64,000 nt of DNA from Prevotella sp. (GTDB lineage Bacteria; Bacteroidota; Bacteroidia; Bacteroidales; Bacteroidaceae). This document shows, in pieces, positions 19,860 to 30,005 of the stretch (positions are counted from its first letter, which is position 1; the number at the start of each line of letters is the position of its first letter). The notes beneath the pieces are model-generated. The model searched no databases and was not told the DNA's origin. It saw only the letters and a list, made by a program, of their open reading frames with translations. The stretch is from the NCBI GenBank assembly GCA_017483185.1, contig JAFULM010000011.1, positions 9,240 to 73,239 of the forward strand. The letters are read 5' to 3'. The translations under genes and the position numbers were made by a program.

Positions 19860-20978
19860 GTGCCTATGATTATCACATTCGACAGATTTGTCCGATGGCT
19901 GCTCGGCGGATTGCTGGCTGCCGCCATCATATATACGGCAAACTATCTCAGCAACGTGCTGTTGCCGTTCTTCGTCGCATGGTTGCTGGCTTATCTGCTC
20001 TATCCGACGGTGAGATTTGTGCAATACCGCATGCATGTCCCCGGACGAATACCGTCAATCATAGTCACACTGCTCTTCTTGTTGGCAGTCATCGGCGGAA
20101 TCGTCTATCTCATCATTCCACCGATGGTAGAACAGTTTGAACGGCTGGGATATCTCGTCGGGCGGTATCTTCACGAGACGACGAATATAGTCAATTTTCC
20201 CGCCGCCATACAAAGATGGATGGCTGAGAACAAACGGACTCTGGAGGAACTCTTCCGTGACGACAGCTTCACTGACGCCATACGGCAGGCTATGCCGAAG
20301 ATGTTTGCCCTGATAGGCAAAACGGCCAGCGTGATAATGAGTATCATCGCGTCGCTCATCACTCTGCTCTACATGTTTTTCATCCTGAAAGACTACGAGA
20401 AATTGGCCGACGGATTCATACGGCTCTTTCCGCAAAAGAACCGCCCGTTCTGGAGGGCTCTCACGGATGATGTCGAACGAGAACTGAACAGTTATATCCG
20501 TGGCCAAAGCCTTGTGGCGTTGTGCATCGGAATACTCTGCTGCATAGGTTTCACCATCGTCGGTTTCCCGATGGCCATAGGCCTCGGTATAATGATCGGG
20601 CTGATGAGTCTCATCCCATACGTCCACACACTCGCCTTGATACCTATCGTCTTTCTTTCGGCACTCAAGGCGGCAGACACGGGACAGAACTTCTGGATAA
20701 TCCTCGCCTCGGCACTGGGCGTCTTTGCCGTCGTGCAGGTGATTACCGACATGGTGCTCGTCCCTAAAATCATGGGTAAGGCGATGGGGCTCAATCCTGC
20801 CGTTCTGCTTCTCTCTCTGTCCGTCTGGGGGTCACTCCTCGGTTTTCTCGGACTCATAATCGCTCTGCCTCTGACCACATTGCTTATCGCCTACTACAAA
20901 CGTTATGTGACCAAAGAAGGTGCAAACAGTCTGCCACCTGACGCCGAAGTCGCCACAGACACACACAAAGAGGAATAG
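19860..20978 (+). CDS. AI-2E family transporter
   Basis: Multi-TM; LLPFFVAWLLAYLLYP, YIRGQ, PKIMGKAMGLNP, GFLGLIIALP. Confidence 0.9.
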   Translation: MPMIITFDRFVRWLLGGLLAAAIIYTANYLSNVLLPFFVAWLLAYLLYPTVRFVQYRMHVPGRIPSIIVTLLFLLAVIGGIVYLIIPPMVEQFERLGYLVGRYLHETTNIVNFPAAIQRWMAENKRTLEELFRDDSFTDAIRQAMPKMFALIGKTASVIMSIIASLITLLYMFFILKDYEKLADGFIRLFPQKNRPFWRALTDDVERELNSYIRGQSLVALCIGILCCIGFTIVGFPMAIGLGIMIGLMSLIPYVHTLALIPIVFLSALKAADTGQNFWIILASALGVFAVVQVITDMVLVPKIMGKAMGLNPAVLLLSLSVWGSLLGFLGLIIALPLTTLLIAYYKRYVTKEGANSLPPDAEVATDTHKEE

Positions 20979-21124
20979 GAAGGGGACGGGAAGAGACTAA
21001 ACGAGAAAAAAGGTAACGAAAAGCAACAAAAACGGTCGTTAAATGCAAATTATGCCGGAATAATTTGGTCATATCAAAAAAAAGCATTACCTTTGCACTC
21101 GCTTTCCGAATATCGGGTAGCCGG

Positions 21125-21200
21125 GATCCGTTAGCTCAGCTGGTAGAGCACAACACTTTTAATGTTGGGGTCTTGGGTTCGAGCCCCAAACGGATCACCA
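21125..21200 (+). tRNA. tRNA-Lys(TTT)
   Basis: GATCCGT-TA-GCTCAGCTGGTAGAGC-A-CAACA-CTTTTAA-TGTTG...TTCGAGC...ACGGATC-A-CCA; TTTG-N20-TACCTTTG promoter at 21064-21095. Confidence 0.95.
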
Positions 21201-21237
21201 AAGAAGGTCTTCAGCAATGAGGACCTTCTTTCTTTTT
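21201..21237 (+). terminator. Intrinsic terminator after tRNA-Lys
   Basis: aagaaggtcttca-gcaa-tgaggaccttctt followed by T-rich tail. Confidence 0.8.
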
Positions 21238-21560
21238 ATCCCCTCGGTTGCGGTTGAAATAGAGTTGAAATAGAGTTTGTTTGAAGTTGAAAATGCTTCA
21301 AATCAACTTTTGTCTTGCTTATATATAATATAATAGGTGTATCCCGCTTGCTGCCTCGTCATGGCTTTTTGTTTCGCAGACGTCCTGCTGTATTTTTATT
21401 CAATTTAAAAACAAAATGTCAACATATCTTTCAGATTATCGGAATAAACTGCATAAATTTTGCAAAAATTGCTGTTATTGTGTTGTAATATAAAAAAAAT
21501 GCTTAACTTTGCAAGTTGTAATTTGATATTTATTTCCTAAAAGTAATTAAGAGAGTATTT

Positions 21561-24500
21561 ATGGAGAAAAGATTAACCATGATTTTGGCATGCCTGTTCC
21601 TGTCGATAGGAATGGCATTGGCCCAAACAAAGGTGACAGGAACCGTGATATCTCAGGATGACGGCCAGCCGATTATCGGAGCTTCGGTAATTCCGGTTGG
21701 GTCAAAGACGGGAACCGTTACCAACATCGATGGTCATTTCACCCTGACTGTGCCTGCGGGCAAAAAGATTCAGGTGAGCTACATCGGAATGGTGACACAG
21801 ACCTTGACACCTAAGGCAAACATGAAAATCACTTTGCAGTCGGATGCCCACACTCTGGGTGACGTTGTGGTGACGGGTATGGTGAAGATGGATAAACGCC
21901 TCTTCTCTGGTTCTACTACAAAAATAGATGCAAGTTCAGCCAAGCTGGACGGTGTGGCTGATATCAGCCGCTCACTTGAAGGCAAGGCGGCTGGTGTATC
22001 TGTGCAAAATGTATCGGGTACGTTTGGTACAGCCCCGAAAATTCGTGTGCGTGGTTCTACATCTATATATGGTAATTCAAAGCCTCTTTGGGTTGTAGAT
22101 GGTGTAATTATGGAGGATGTTGTGGATGTCAGTGCAGACCAGTTGTCTTCAGGTGATGCCAACACCCTTATCAGTTCTGCCATCGCAGGTCTTAACTCTG
22201 ATGATATCGAGAGTTTTGAAATTTTGAAAGATGGTTCTGCGACTTCGGTGTATGGTGCCCGTGCTATGGCTGGTGTGATTGTCGTAACGACAAAGAAAGG
22301 TAAGGCCGGTCAAGCACGTATCAGCTATACAGGTGAGTATACTATGCGTCTGATTCCAAGTTATTCGACATTTAACATCATGAATTCTCAGGATCAGATG
22401 GCTATTTATCAGGAGCTCCAGCAGAAAGGATATCTGAACTATGCAGAGACGGCCAATGCTGCAAACAGTGGTGTCTATGGAAAAATGTATCAGTTGATGA
22501 GCGAATATAATCCTATAACGGGTCAGTTTATGCTGAAAAATACGGCAGAGGCAAGAGCTGAATATCTGCGCGGAGCAGAGTATCGCAATACCAATTGGTT
22601 TAAGGAATTGTTCTCTAACTCCATACAGCACACACATTCTGTAAGTATAACGGCTGGTACGGAGAAGGCTCAGTATTATGCATCTGTGAGTGCGATGTAT
22701 GATCCGGGATGGTATAAGAAGAGTGACGTGTCGCGTTATACGGCAAATTTCAATGCAAATTATAAATTGTCATCCAAAGTAAATGCAGGCATTATTGGTA
22801 ATGCATCTTACCGTAAGCAAACAGCGCCGGGAACCATCAGTTCGACAACAAATCCTGTGACGGGTGAGGTGAGCCGCGCTTTTGATATAAATCCTTATTC
22901 GTATGCACTAAATACTTCGCGTGCATTGGATCCTAATGTGTATTATACAAGGAATTATGCTCCGTTTAATGTATTCCATGAGTTGGAAAATAACTATATG
23001 GATCTTAACGTGGTTGACTTCCGCATGCAGGCGTCTCTGTCTTATAAGCCCATAACGAAGGTAGAATTGACAGCCTTGGGTGCCATAAAGTATGCTGCGA
23101 CCAGTCAGGAACATAATATTAAGGATAATTCAAATCAGGCAGAAGCATATCGTGCAATGGGTACCACAGCCATTCGTGATCGTAATAACTATTTGTACAC
23201 GAATCCGGATGATATCTATGCCCTGCCTGTTACGATTCTTCCTCACGGAGGTATTCTCGACCGTCGCGACAACCGTATGTTCGGATATGACTTCCGCGCA
23301 TCAGCTTCTTATAATGATGTATTCAATGAAGATCATATCGTAAACCTTTACGGAGCAATGGAGGTCAACAACACCGAACGTCATTATACGTGGTTCCGTG
23401 GATGGGGTATGCAGTATGAGATGGGAGAAATTCCTTCATGGGCATACGCTGTATTCAAGAAGAGTCAGGAAGAAAACTCACAGTACTACGAGATGACCAA
23501 CACTCAAGAGCGTAGTGCCGCTTTTGTCGGTGTGGCCACATATTCATGGAAAAAGCGTTATTCCGTAACAGGAACCTACCGTTATGAAGGAACAAACCGA
23601 ATGGGAAAGAGTCGCAGTGCCCGTTGGCTTCCCACCTGGAACGTCTCCGGTGCCTGGAACGTTCACGAAGAGCCTTGGTTTGACAAACTCAGTTCAGTGC
23701 TGTCGAATCTCACGTTCAAGCTGTCTTATTCTTTGACAGCAGACCGTGGACCCTCATTCGTAACAAATTCGCGTGTTGTAATAATGGCCGATAATCCTTG
23801 GCGTCCATCCGCTGATGTTACGGAATCTGCTCTCTATATCGATGCGCTGGCTAATGAAGATCTTACTTATGAGAAAAAGCATGAGTTTAACTTCGGTTTT
23901 GAAGCCGGTTTCTTGAAGAATCGTATCAACTTGTCATTCGATGCTTATACTCGCCGCAACTATGACCTTATCGGTATAGTAAACACAGAGGCTGTAGGTG
24001 GAGAACAGGCGAAATACGGTAATGTGGCAAAGATGAAGTCAAGTGGTATTGAGCTTGCTCTTAGTACGGTCAATATCAAAACAAAGGACTTCACTTGGAC
24101 TACGGACTTCATATATAGTTACATGAAGAATGAGGTGACGGAACTGAACACCATGAACCGTATGTATGAATATCTTTCTGGTAACGGCTTCTCAATGGTC
24201 GGCTATCCTCGTGGAAGTATATTCTCTATTCCTTTCATGGGACTGAATGAAGAGGGATTGCCTACATTCTTGGATCAGGATGGAAATGTCAGCGTTTCCG
24301 GCGTCAATGTTCAAGAGTATGATCCAGAGAAATTGAAGTTCTTGAAATATGAAGGTCCGTCAGAACCGACCAATGTGGGAAGTTTCGGTAACGTATTCAG
24401 ATATAAAAATTTCAGTTTGAACGTATTCATAACATATTCGTTTGGTAATGTCGTACGTTTGGATCCGATTTTCTCTAACGAATACGATGACCTCGTGTCG

Positions 24501-24881
24501 ATGCCGAAAGAGTTTAACAATCGTTGGATTGTGCCTGGCGATGAATATAGAACCAATATTCCTGTTATCGCAAGTAAGATTCAGAATAAAAACGATTCGG
24601 AGTTGAGCAAAGCTTATCAGGCATACAACTATAGTACGGAACGTGTCGCAAAAGGTGATTTTATCCGAATGAAAGAGATTTCTCTCGGTTATGAGTTCCC
24701 CTCAAACATAACTCAAGCGTTGAGAATTTCTAATCTCTCATTGAAACTTCAGGCAACAAATCTTTTCCTGCTCTATGCAGATAAGAAACTGAATGGGCAA
24801 GATCCTGAATTCTTTAATACAGGAGGTGTGGCATCGCCTATGCCTAAGCAGTTTACTTTGACTTTAAAGGTTGGTATTTAA
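21561..24881 (+). CDS. SusC/RagA-family TonB-dependent outer membrane receptor
   Basis: N-terminal extension, PLWVVDG, DIESFEILKDGSATSVYGARAMAGVIVVTTKKG plug motif, beta-barrel C-terminus. Confidence 0.95.
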   Translation: MEKRLTMILACLFLSIGMALAQTKVTGTVISQDDGQPIIGASVIPVGSKTGTVTNIDGHFTLTVPAGKKIQVSYIGMVTQTLTPKANMKITLQSDAHTLGDVVVTGMVKMDKRLFSGSTTKIDASSAKLDGVADISRSLEGKAAGVSVQNVSGTFGTAPKIRVRGSTSIYGNSKPLWVVDGVIMEDVVDVSADQLSSGDANTLISSAIAGLNSDDIESFEILKDGSATSVYGARAMAGVIVVTTKKGKAGQARISYTGEYTMRLIPSYSTFNIMNSQDQMAIYQELQQKGYLNYAETANAANSGVYGKMYQLMSEYNPITGQFMLKNTAEARAEYLRGAEYRNTNWFKELFSNSIQHTHSVSITAGTEKAQYYASVSAMYDPGWYKKSDVSRYTANFNANYKLSSKVNAGIIGNASYRKQTAPGTISSTTNPVTGEVSRAFDINPYSYALNTSRALDPNVYYTRNYAPFNVFHELENNYMDLNVVDFRMQASLSYKPITKVELTALGAIKYAATSQEHNIKDNSNQAEAYRAMGTTAIRDRNNYLYTNPDDIYALPVTILPHGGILDRRDNRMFGYDFRASASYNDVFNEDHIVNLYGAMEVNNTERHYTWFRGWGMQYEMGEIPSWAYAVFKKSQEENSQYYEMTNTQERSAAFVGVATYSWKKRYSVTGTYRYEGTNRMGKSRSARWLPTWNVSGAWNVHEEPWFDKLSSVLSNLTFKLSYSLTADRGPSFVTNSRVVIMADNPWRPSADVTESALYIDALANEDLTYEKKHEFNFGFEAGFLKNRINLSFDAYTRRNYDLIGIVNTEAVGGEQAKYGNVAKMKSSGIELALSTVNIKTKDFTWTTDFIYSYMKNEVTELNTMNRMYEYLSGNGFSMVGYPRGSIFSIPFMGLNEEGLPTFLDQDGNVSVSGVNVQEYDPEKLKFLKYEGPSEPTNVGSFGNVFRYKNFSLNVFITYSFGNVVRLDPIFSNEYDDLVSMPKEFNNRWIVPGDEYRTNIPVIASKIQNKNDSELSKAYQAYNYSTERVAKGDFIRMKEISLGYEFPSNITQALRISNLSLKLQATNLFLLYADKKLNGQDPEFFNTGGVASPMPKQFTLTLKVGI

Positions 24882-24900
24882 AAATAGAAACAGAACGAAA

Positions 24901-26526
24901 ATGAAGAGAAGTAATTTATTATATATATTGGGGTTGTCTCTTTTTGCCGGATTGTCTTTCACTTCTTGTGATGACTTCCTTGACGAAAATCCGGACAACC
25001 GCACTGAGCTCGATACTGAAGAAAAAGTAATATCATTGCTTACTTCTGCATATACACGTCATAGTTATGCGATGATTAATGAATGTCTGTCAGATAATAC
25101 GGACGATATGGGTCCACGTTATTCCAAGTACGATGACAGATTCATAAAGCAGGCTTATACGTGGAATGACATGACCGAAGTTGATAATGATGGCGTGATG
25201 AATATGTGGACAGATAGCTATAATGCAATATCTACAGCAAACCACGCACTTCAAGCTATAGCAGAGATGCCGGAGCCGTTGGAGCCCAAAATGAAAGAGG
25301 CAAAGGGCGAGGCCTTGATGTGCAGGGCATACCATCATTTCTTGCTGGTGAATGAATTCTGTCAGAATTACAATGCGAACACCAGCAATACGGATTTGGG
25401 TATTCCGTATATGCTATCTGTTGAAGCAGGCCTGAATCCGCATTATGAGCGCGGTACGGTTGCAGAGGTGTATGCCAAAATCGCGAAAGACATAGAAGAC
25501 GGATTGCCTTTGGTTGGTGATACGCATTACAGCCAGCCTAAATATCACTTTAATAGACAAGCTGCTTATGCTTTTGCAACGCGTTTCTATTTGTTCTACG
25601 AGAAATGGGATAAGGCAGTCGAATGTGCGAATGTTTGCCTCGGCACATCTCCGAAATCTCTTTTGCGTGATTGGAATGAGATGGAGAGTTATGGTATTAC
25701 CAATAATCTTGATCCGCGAAACAATCTCTATATCAAAGCTTCAGCTAAGTGTAATTTTTTGATGACTACCGCGGTTTCCGGAGCCGGTATATTCTTCTCT
25801 AATTATATTATGGCAACAAAGTATTCTCATAACAGTTTCATTTCTAAGAATGAGACTTTGGAAGCCAATAATCTTTGGGGAGAATATACAATGATGCGTT
25901 GTCTTCCGTTGGTATTCAAAGGTGGTACTATGGACAGAGCGCTTGTCGCAAAGACTCCTATGTTGTTTGAAGAAACCGATCCTGTATCAAAAACCGGATA
26001 TTATCATACAGTTGCTGTGCCTTTCCGTGCGGATATAACACTGTTGGAACGCGCCGAGGCTTATGTTATGTTGAAGCTGTATGACAAAGCCTGTGCTGAT
26101 TTGACAGTATGGATGCAGAATTGGACAAAATCCAATATGACGTTGACTACAGATGTAGTGAAGAACTATTATGACAATATGGCTTATTACACTTCTTTCG
26201 CTCCTACTCAGAAGCGTCATCTTTATCCGGCTTTCGAGATAGAGGGAGAGGGTAGTGTACAGGAGAGCATGTTGCAGTGTGTTTTGAACTTCAAGCGTCT
26301 TGAAACGATCCATGAGGGATTGCGTTGGTTTGATATTAAGCGATATGGTATTACCATAACCCGCCGTCAGATGAACTCGGACAGTGAGCCGGAGATTTAT
26401 ACAGATTCTCTTTTGGTGAAAGACCCGCGTCGTGCTATTCAGTTGCCTAATCAGGTCGTAATAGCAGGTATGGAGCCTAATCCAGGACTTTATGGACCGA
26501 CACCTGGCTTTCAGATGAATAAGTAA
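24901..26526 (+). CDS. SusD/RagB-family lipoprotein
   Basis: Lipobox FTSCDDFLD, GEALMCRAYHHF, HEGLRWFDIKR. Confidence 0.93.
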   Translation: MKRSNLLYILGLSLFAGLSFTSCDDFLDENPDNRTELDTEEKVISLLTSAYTRHSYAMINECLSDNTDDMGPRYSKYDDRFIKQAYTWNDMTEVDNDGVMNMWTDSYNAISTANHALQAIAEMPEPLEPKMKEAKGEALMCRAYHHFLLVNEFCQNYNANTSNTDLGIPYMLSVEAGLNPHYERGTVAEVYAKIAKDIEDGLPLVGDTHYSQPKYHFNRQAAYAFATRFYLFYEKWDKAVECANVCLGTSPKSLLRDWNEMESYGITNNLDPRNNLYIKASAKCNFLMTTAVSGAGIFFSNYIMATKYSHNSFISKNETLEANNLWGEYTMMRCLPLVFKGGTMDRALVAKTPMLFEETDPVSKTGYYHTVAVPFRADITLLERAEAYVMLKLYDKACADLTVWMQNWTKSNMTLTTDVVKNYYDNMAYYTSFAPTQKRHLYPAFEIEGEGSVQESMLQCVLNFKRLETIHEGLRWFDIKRYGITITRRQMNSDSEPEIYTDSLLVKDPRRAIQLPNQVVIAGMEPNPGLYGPTPGFQMNK

Positions 26527-26560
26527 GGAATGACTTTTATAAAGCGAAAATAAAGAAACA

Positions 26561-27475
26561 ATGAGAAGAAACTTCATATATTCATTATTATTGGCAGGAG
26601 TAGCCATGTCGATAACAACTTCTTGTTCGGAGGATGATTTGTCCTCAGAAAGTGTGATTGCAGTGGACGTGGTGGAGAGGACTCCTTTTGATGATTGGCT
26701 TGATGTTAATTATGTTCAGCCGTTCAATATCGTAGTCAAGTATCGTTACGAATATAATGAAAGTGACGAGAACTATTACACCGTGCCTGCTCAGTATGAT
26801 CAGGCCGTAGAGATGGCGCATATAGTGAAGTATAGCTGTATAGACGCTTACATCGAGACTGCTGGAATGGAATTTACATGTAACTACTTTCCGAAACTCT
26901 TCTATTTAGAGGGTGAATTCCACTATCGCAACAACGGTACGTTTGAACTTGGTACTGCAGAGGGCGGACGAAAGATTACCCTTATGGGTGTTAATTACAT
27001 TGACATGTTTAAGGATAATGTGGACGATTTGAATACTTATTATCTTAAGACCATACATCACGAGTTCAGTCATATTCTGCACCAGACTTATGAGTATCCG
27101 TCTTCATTCCAGTTGATTACTCCGGGCTATTTGTCAGACAAATGGAGTAATCCGGAATTCCAGGCAGATCATTTGCAGCGTGGCTTTATTACAGACTATT
27201 CCCAGCATTCGCATCGTGAGGATTTTGCCGAAATGCTTTCTACCTATCTGACAAATACTCAGGAGAAGTGGGATGAGTGGATGGATGAGGCAGACGGAAC
27301 TCTTGAGGAACCTGCAGAGGGTCGTGGTCTTATTGAGCAGAAGTTGGATATTGTGCGCAATTACATGCAAGAGACATGGAATATTGATATTGATGCACTT
27401 CGTGAATCTATATTGCGTCGTGAGCATCACATCGTAGATGGCAAGGTGGATTTGAGTGATTTGAGCGTAAATTAA
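26561..27475 (+). CDS. Putative zinc-binding metallopeptidase lipoprotein (substrate-import associated)
   Basis: Lipobox TTSC, GTAEGGRKI, HEXXH in TIHHEFSHILHQ, third-ligand motif EDFAE. Confidence 0.85.
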   Translation: MRRNFIYSLLLAGVAMSITTSCSEDDLSSESVIAVDVVERTPFDDWLDVNYVQPFNIVVKYRYEYNESDENYYTVPAQYDQAVEMAHIVKYSCIDAYIETAGMEFTCNYFPKLFYLEGEFHYRNNGTFELGTAEGGRKITLMGVNYIDMFKDNVDDLNTYYLKTIHHEFSHILHQTYEYPSSFQLITPGYLSDKWSNPEFQADHLQRGFITDYSQHSHREDFAEMLSTYLTNTQEKWDEWMDEADGTLEEPAEGRGLIEQKLDIVRNYMQETWNIDIDALRESILRREHHIVDGKVDLSDLSVN

Positions 27476-27477
27476 AA

Positions 27478-28785
27478 ATGAGAATGATTATGAAAAATAG
27501 CATTATAAGAATTGCAGTATTGCTTTGCGCTGTTCCCGTGCTTCTCACATCATGTCTGAAAGATCAGGAAGATGTGTTTGATGACTCTTCAAACAGCCGG
27601 ATGCAGCAGACCTTAAAAGAAACAAAAGACGTTTTGATGAGTGCTGCAAACGGATGGGTGATAGACTATTATGCCGGTATAAATGCTGCTCATGGCGGTT
27701 ATGCCTTTGCCGTGAAGTTCGACGAATCTACATGTACGGCTGTTTCAGAACGTATAACGGAACCTTGTACTTCTTATTATAAGTTGACGACCGACAATGG
27801 CCCCGTGTTGACATTCGATACATATAATAAGGTTTTGCACGATATGGCAACGCCGAGCATGAGCAACTATGAAGGAAAAAATGCGGATTTTGAATTCCTG
27901 GTGATGAGCGCAACTCCGGAAATGATTGTTCTAAAGGGAAAGAAAACCCAGAATGTCATGCGTATGTTCCCCCTTTCCATGCCGGCTGGCGAATATGTGG
28001 AGAAAGTGCGTACAATGGCGGATGAAGTGGTATTCAGTACTGCAAAAGGACTTGTCGGCGGCAAAGAAGTTGAGGCAAAATTCGATGTGGACAATAGACA
28101 AGTGAAGTTTGTGACAACCGAACCTGCCGATTCTATAAGTGTGCCGTTCACTTATACAGACAAGGGTATTCGTCTGCAGTCATTCATCGGCGAGGGCTCT
28201 TATGCTTTTGACAGTTTCAGTTTTGATAGCGAGAATACACGTCTGATGGCTCTTAATGCTGGTGGTCAGGTGATTTCGATGGATTGTTTCCGTCCCGAGA
28301 ATTGGCGAGACTATATAACCTTTGAAGGAGAATACACGTTATATACCGCTGGCGGCAAGTATTCTGTTTCTCTCGTACCGTCAGAGGATGGAACCGGATA
28401 TCTTATGAAGGGACTTAACCCTAAGTTTGATATTCTTTGTAATTATAGCAAGGGTAGGGGGGCACTTACTATTTCTACTCAGTTGATTGGAGAAGAAGAT
28501 GGAGTGCAGATACAGTTAGCTTTGCTTGACACGGATGGCTCATATCTGTCGTGGTCTCCCGAGGTCGGCCTTGTCATAAGTGCCAATGTCAAAAATGAGA
28601 AAGAGTATATTGTGACGAGCAATGGTTACGAAGACTTTGTTTCAGGCGGACTTATTCTGTGGTGTTTCCAGAATGGGGAGTCTCTTGATGGAGCTGATGT
28701 CCGAGACTTCTTCTCTTCCCACAAATCTTGGTTGATTTCCGGTAATTATGTTTTGGATGGAATGACCCGAATGGTAAAAAAATAA
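27478..28785 (+). CDS. DUF4302-like lipoprotein
   Basis: Lipobox LTSC, LMSAANGW, GPVLTFDTYN, DFEF motifs. Confidence 0.75.
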   Translation: MRMIMKNSIIRIAVLLCAVPVLLTSCLKDQEDVFDDSSNSRMQQTLKETKDVLMSAANGWVIDYYAGINAAHGGYAFAVKFDESTCTAVSERITEPCTSYYKLTTDNGPVLTFDTYNKVLHDMATPSMSNYEGKNADFEFLVMSATPEMIVLKGKKTQNVMRMFPLSMPAGEYVEKVRTMADEVVFSTAKGLVGGKEVEAKFDVDNRQVKFVTTEPADSISVPFTYTDKGIRLQSFIGEGSYAFDSFSFDSENTRLMALNAGGQVISMDCFRPENWRDYITFEGEYTLYTAGGKYSVSLVPSEDGTGYLMKGLNPKFDILCNYSKGRGALTISTQLIGEEDGVQIQLALLDTDGSYLSWSPEVGLVISANVKNEKEYIVTSNGYEDFVSGGLILWCFQNGESLDGADVRDFFSSHKSWLISGNYVLDGMTRMVKK

Positions 28786-29913
28786 TTGATTATGAATAAG
28801 ATACTGACTATAATATTGGCAATGACAGCAATGTGTGTTGTCGTTTCTTGTAGTGATGATGACGAAGTTGGCAGCGAATACCTTGCTGCTAAACAAATAT
28901 CAGTTGCTCGTTCTACAGTTTCAGATATGCCGGCAGAGGGAGGTGAAGGTATTGTGGAGGTACAATCATCACGTGATGTTTCTGTTTCGTCAAATTCAGC
29001 ATGGTGTTCTTTCAGTATGGATAATGGCGTTATAAAAGTAATTGTAGAGCCGAATACTGGTTTAGAAGGACGTACAGCTATATTGACAATAACAGATGGT
29101 TCAGAAACTATGACCGTTCCTGTGTTGCAAAGAGGTATGATTTTTGAAGTAAGTGGAGAAAAGAGTATAACTCTTGCTGGTCATATAGACGAGAAAGTTA
29201 TACGAACGGTTTCTCATACATATCCTGTTTCTGTTTCTGCGACAAAGGATTGGATTGATGCTTCGATTGATGGTGAAGAACTGACGATATCCATCGCCAG
29301 GGGAAATGGACAGGAACCTGTTCGTAAAGGTGTAGTGAAAGTTTCTTCTTGTGGTTATGAGGACCAGATTGAAATCACGCAATATGATTTTACGGGTGCT
29401 TATAACTTGTCTGGATATGACGCGAAAGGGCAACCAATATCCTATTCTGGGAATATTATTGGTGGAGAAACGGTGGATAGATTGTATTTTTGTCCATCAG
29501 ATTTTGCGGGGGTTCAGATTCCGATGAACTTTTCGTTAGAAAGTTTATATTTGTCATTTTCAGCGGGCTCGTACTGTCAGCGTTATGGAAGGTTCTATGT
29601 TTATTCGTCTCTTGTAGACGTTAAGACAGTTCCAGATCCAAATCATCCGGAAAATAAGGGTGCTGTTGCTCTAAATGATACTGTAATTATTGGTGGAAAT
29701 ATAATGATGGATAGCGGAAATGTTACTTGTAGTTTCTCAAATGAGGGAAAAGGTTCTTGGCTTAGCGACATAATGCTTTCTTGTGGTAATATACATGCTG
29801 TTACTTTTACGGCAACTACTTTCCGCCTGAATACGTCAACGGTACAGAATATTGCATTGGCGCGAAACATTCTGATGGAAATAGAACAACCAGTTCTTGA
29901 TAAAATTCAATAA
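28786..29913 (+). CDS. BACON-domain lipoprotein
   Basis: Lipobox VVSC; two BACON-like repeats (SNSAWC...PNTGLEGRTA...VLQ; KDWI...PVRKG...ITQ). Confidence 0.7.
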   Translation: MIMNKILTIILAMTAMCVVVSCSDDDEVGSEYLAAKQISVARSTVSDMPAEGGEGIVEVQSSRDVSVSSNSAWCSFSMDNGVIKVIVEPNTGLEGRTAILTITDGSETMTVPVLQRGMIFEVSGEKSITLAGHIDEKVIRTVSHTYPVSVSATKDWIDASIDGEELTISIARGNGQEPVRKGVVKVSSCGYEDQIEITQYDFTGAYNLSGYDAKGQPISYSGNIIGGETVDRLYFCPSDFAGVQIPMNFSLESLYLSFSAGSYCQRYGRFYVYSSLVDVKTVPDPNHPENKGAVALNDTVIIGGNIMMDSGNVTCSFSNEGKGSWLSDIMLSCGNIHAVTFTATTFRLNTSTVQNIALARNILMEIEQPVLDKIQ

Positions 29914-29924
29914 CGGAGGATTTA

Positions 29925-29954
29925 TGGTTGGGCATGTATATACATGCCCAACCA
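29925..29954. repeat. Perfect 30-bp palindrome (intergenic stem-loop)
   Basis: tggttgggcatgtatatacatgcccaacca. Confidence 0.75.
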
Positions 29955-30005
29955 AAGAACCAATATAAATAGGGTAACTAATATTTTATTAAATTAATTA
30001 AGCGT

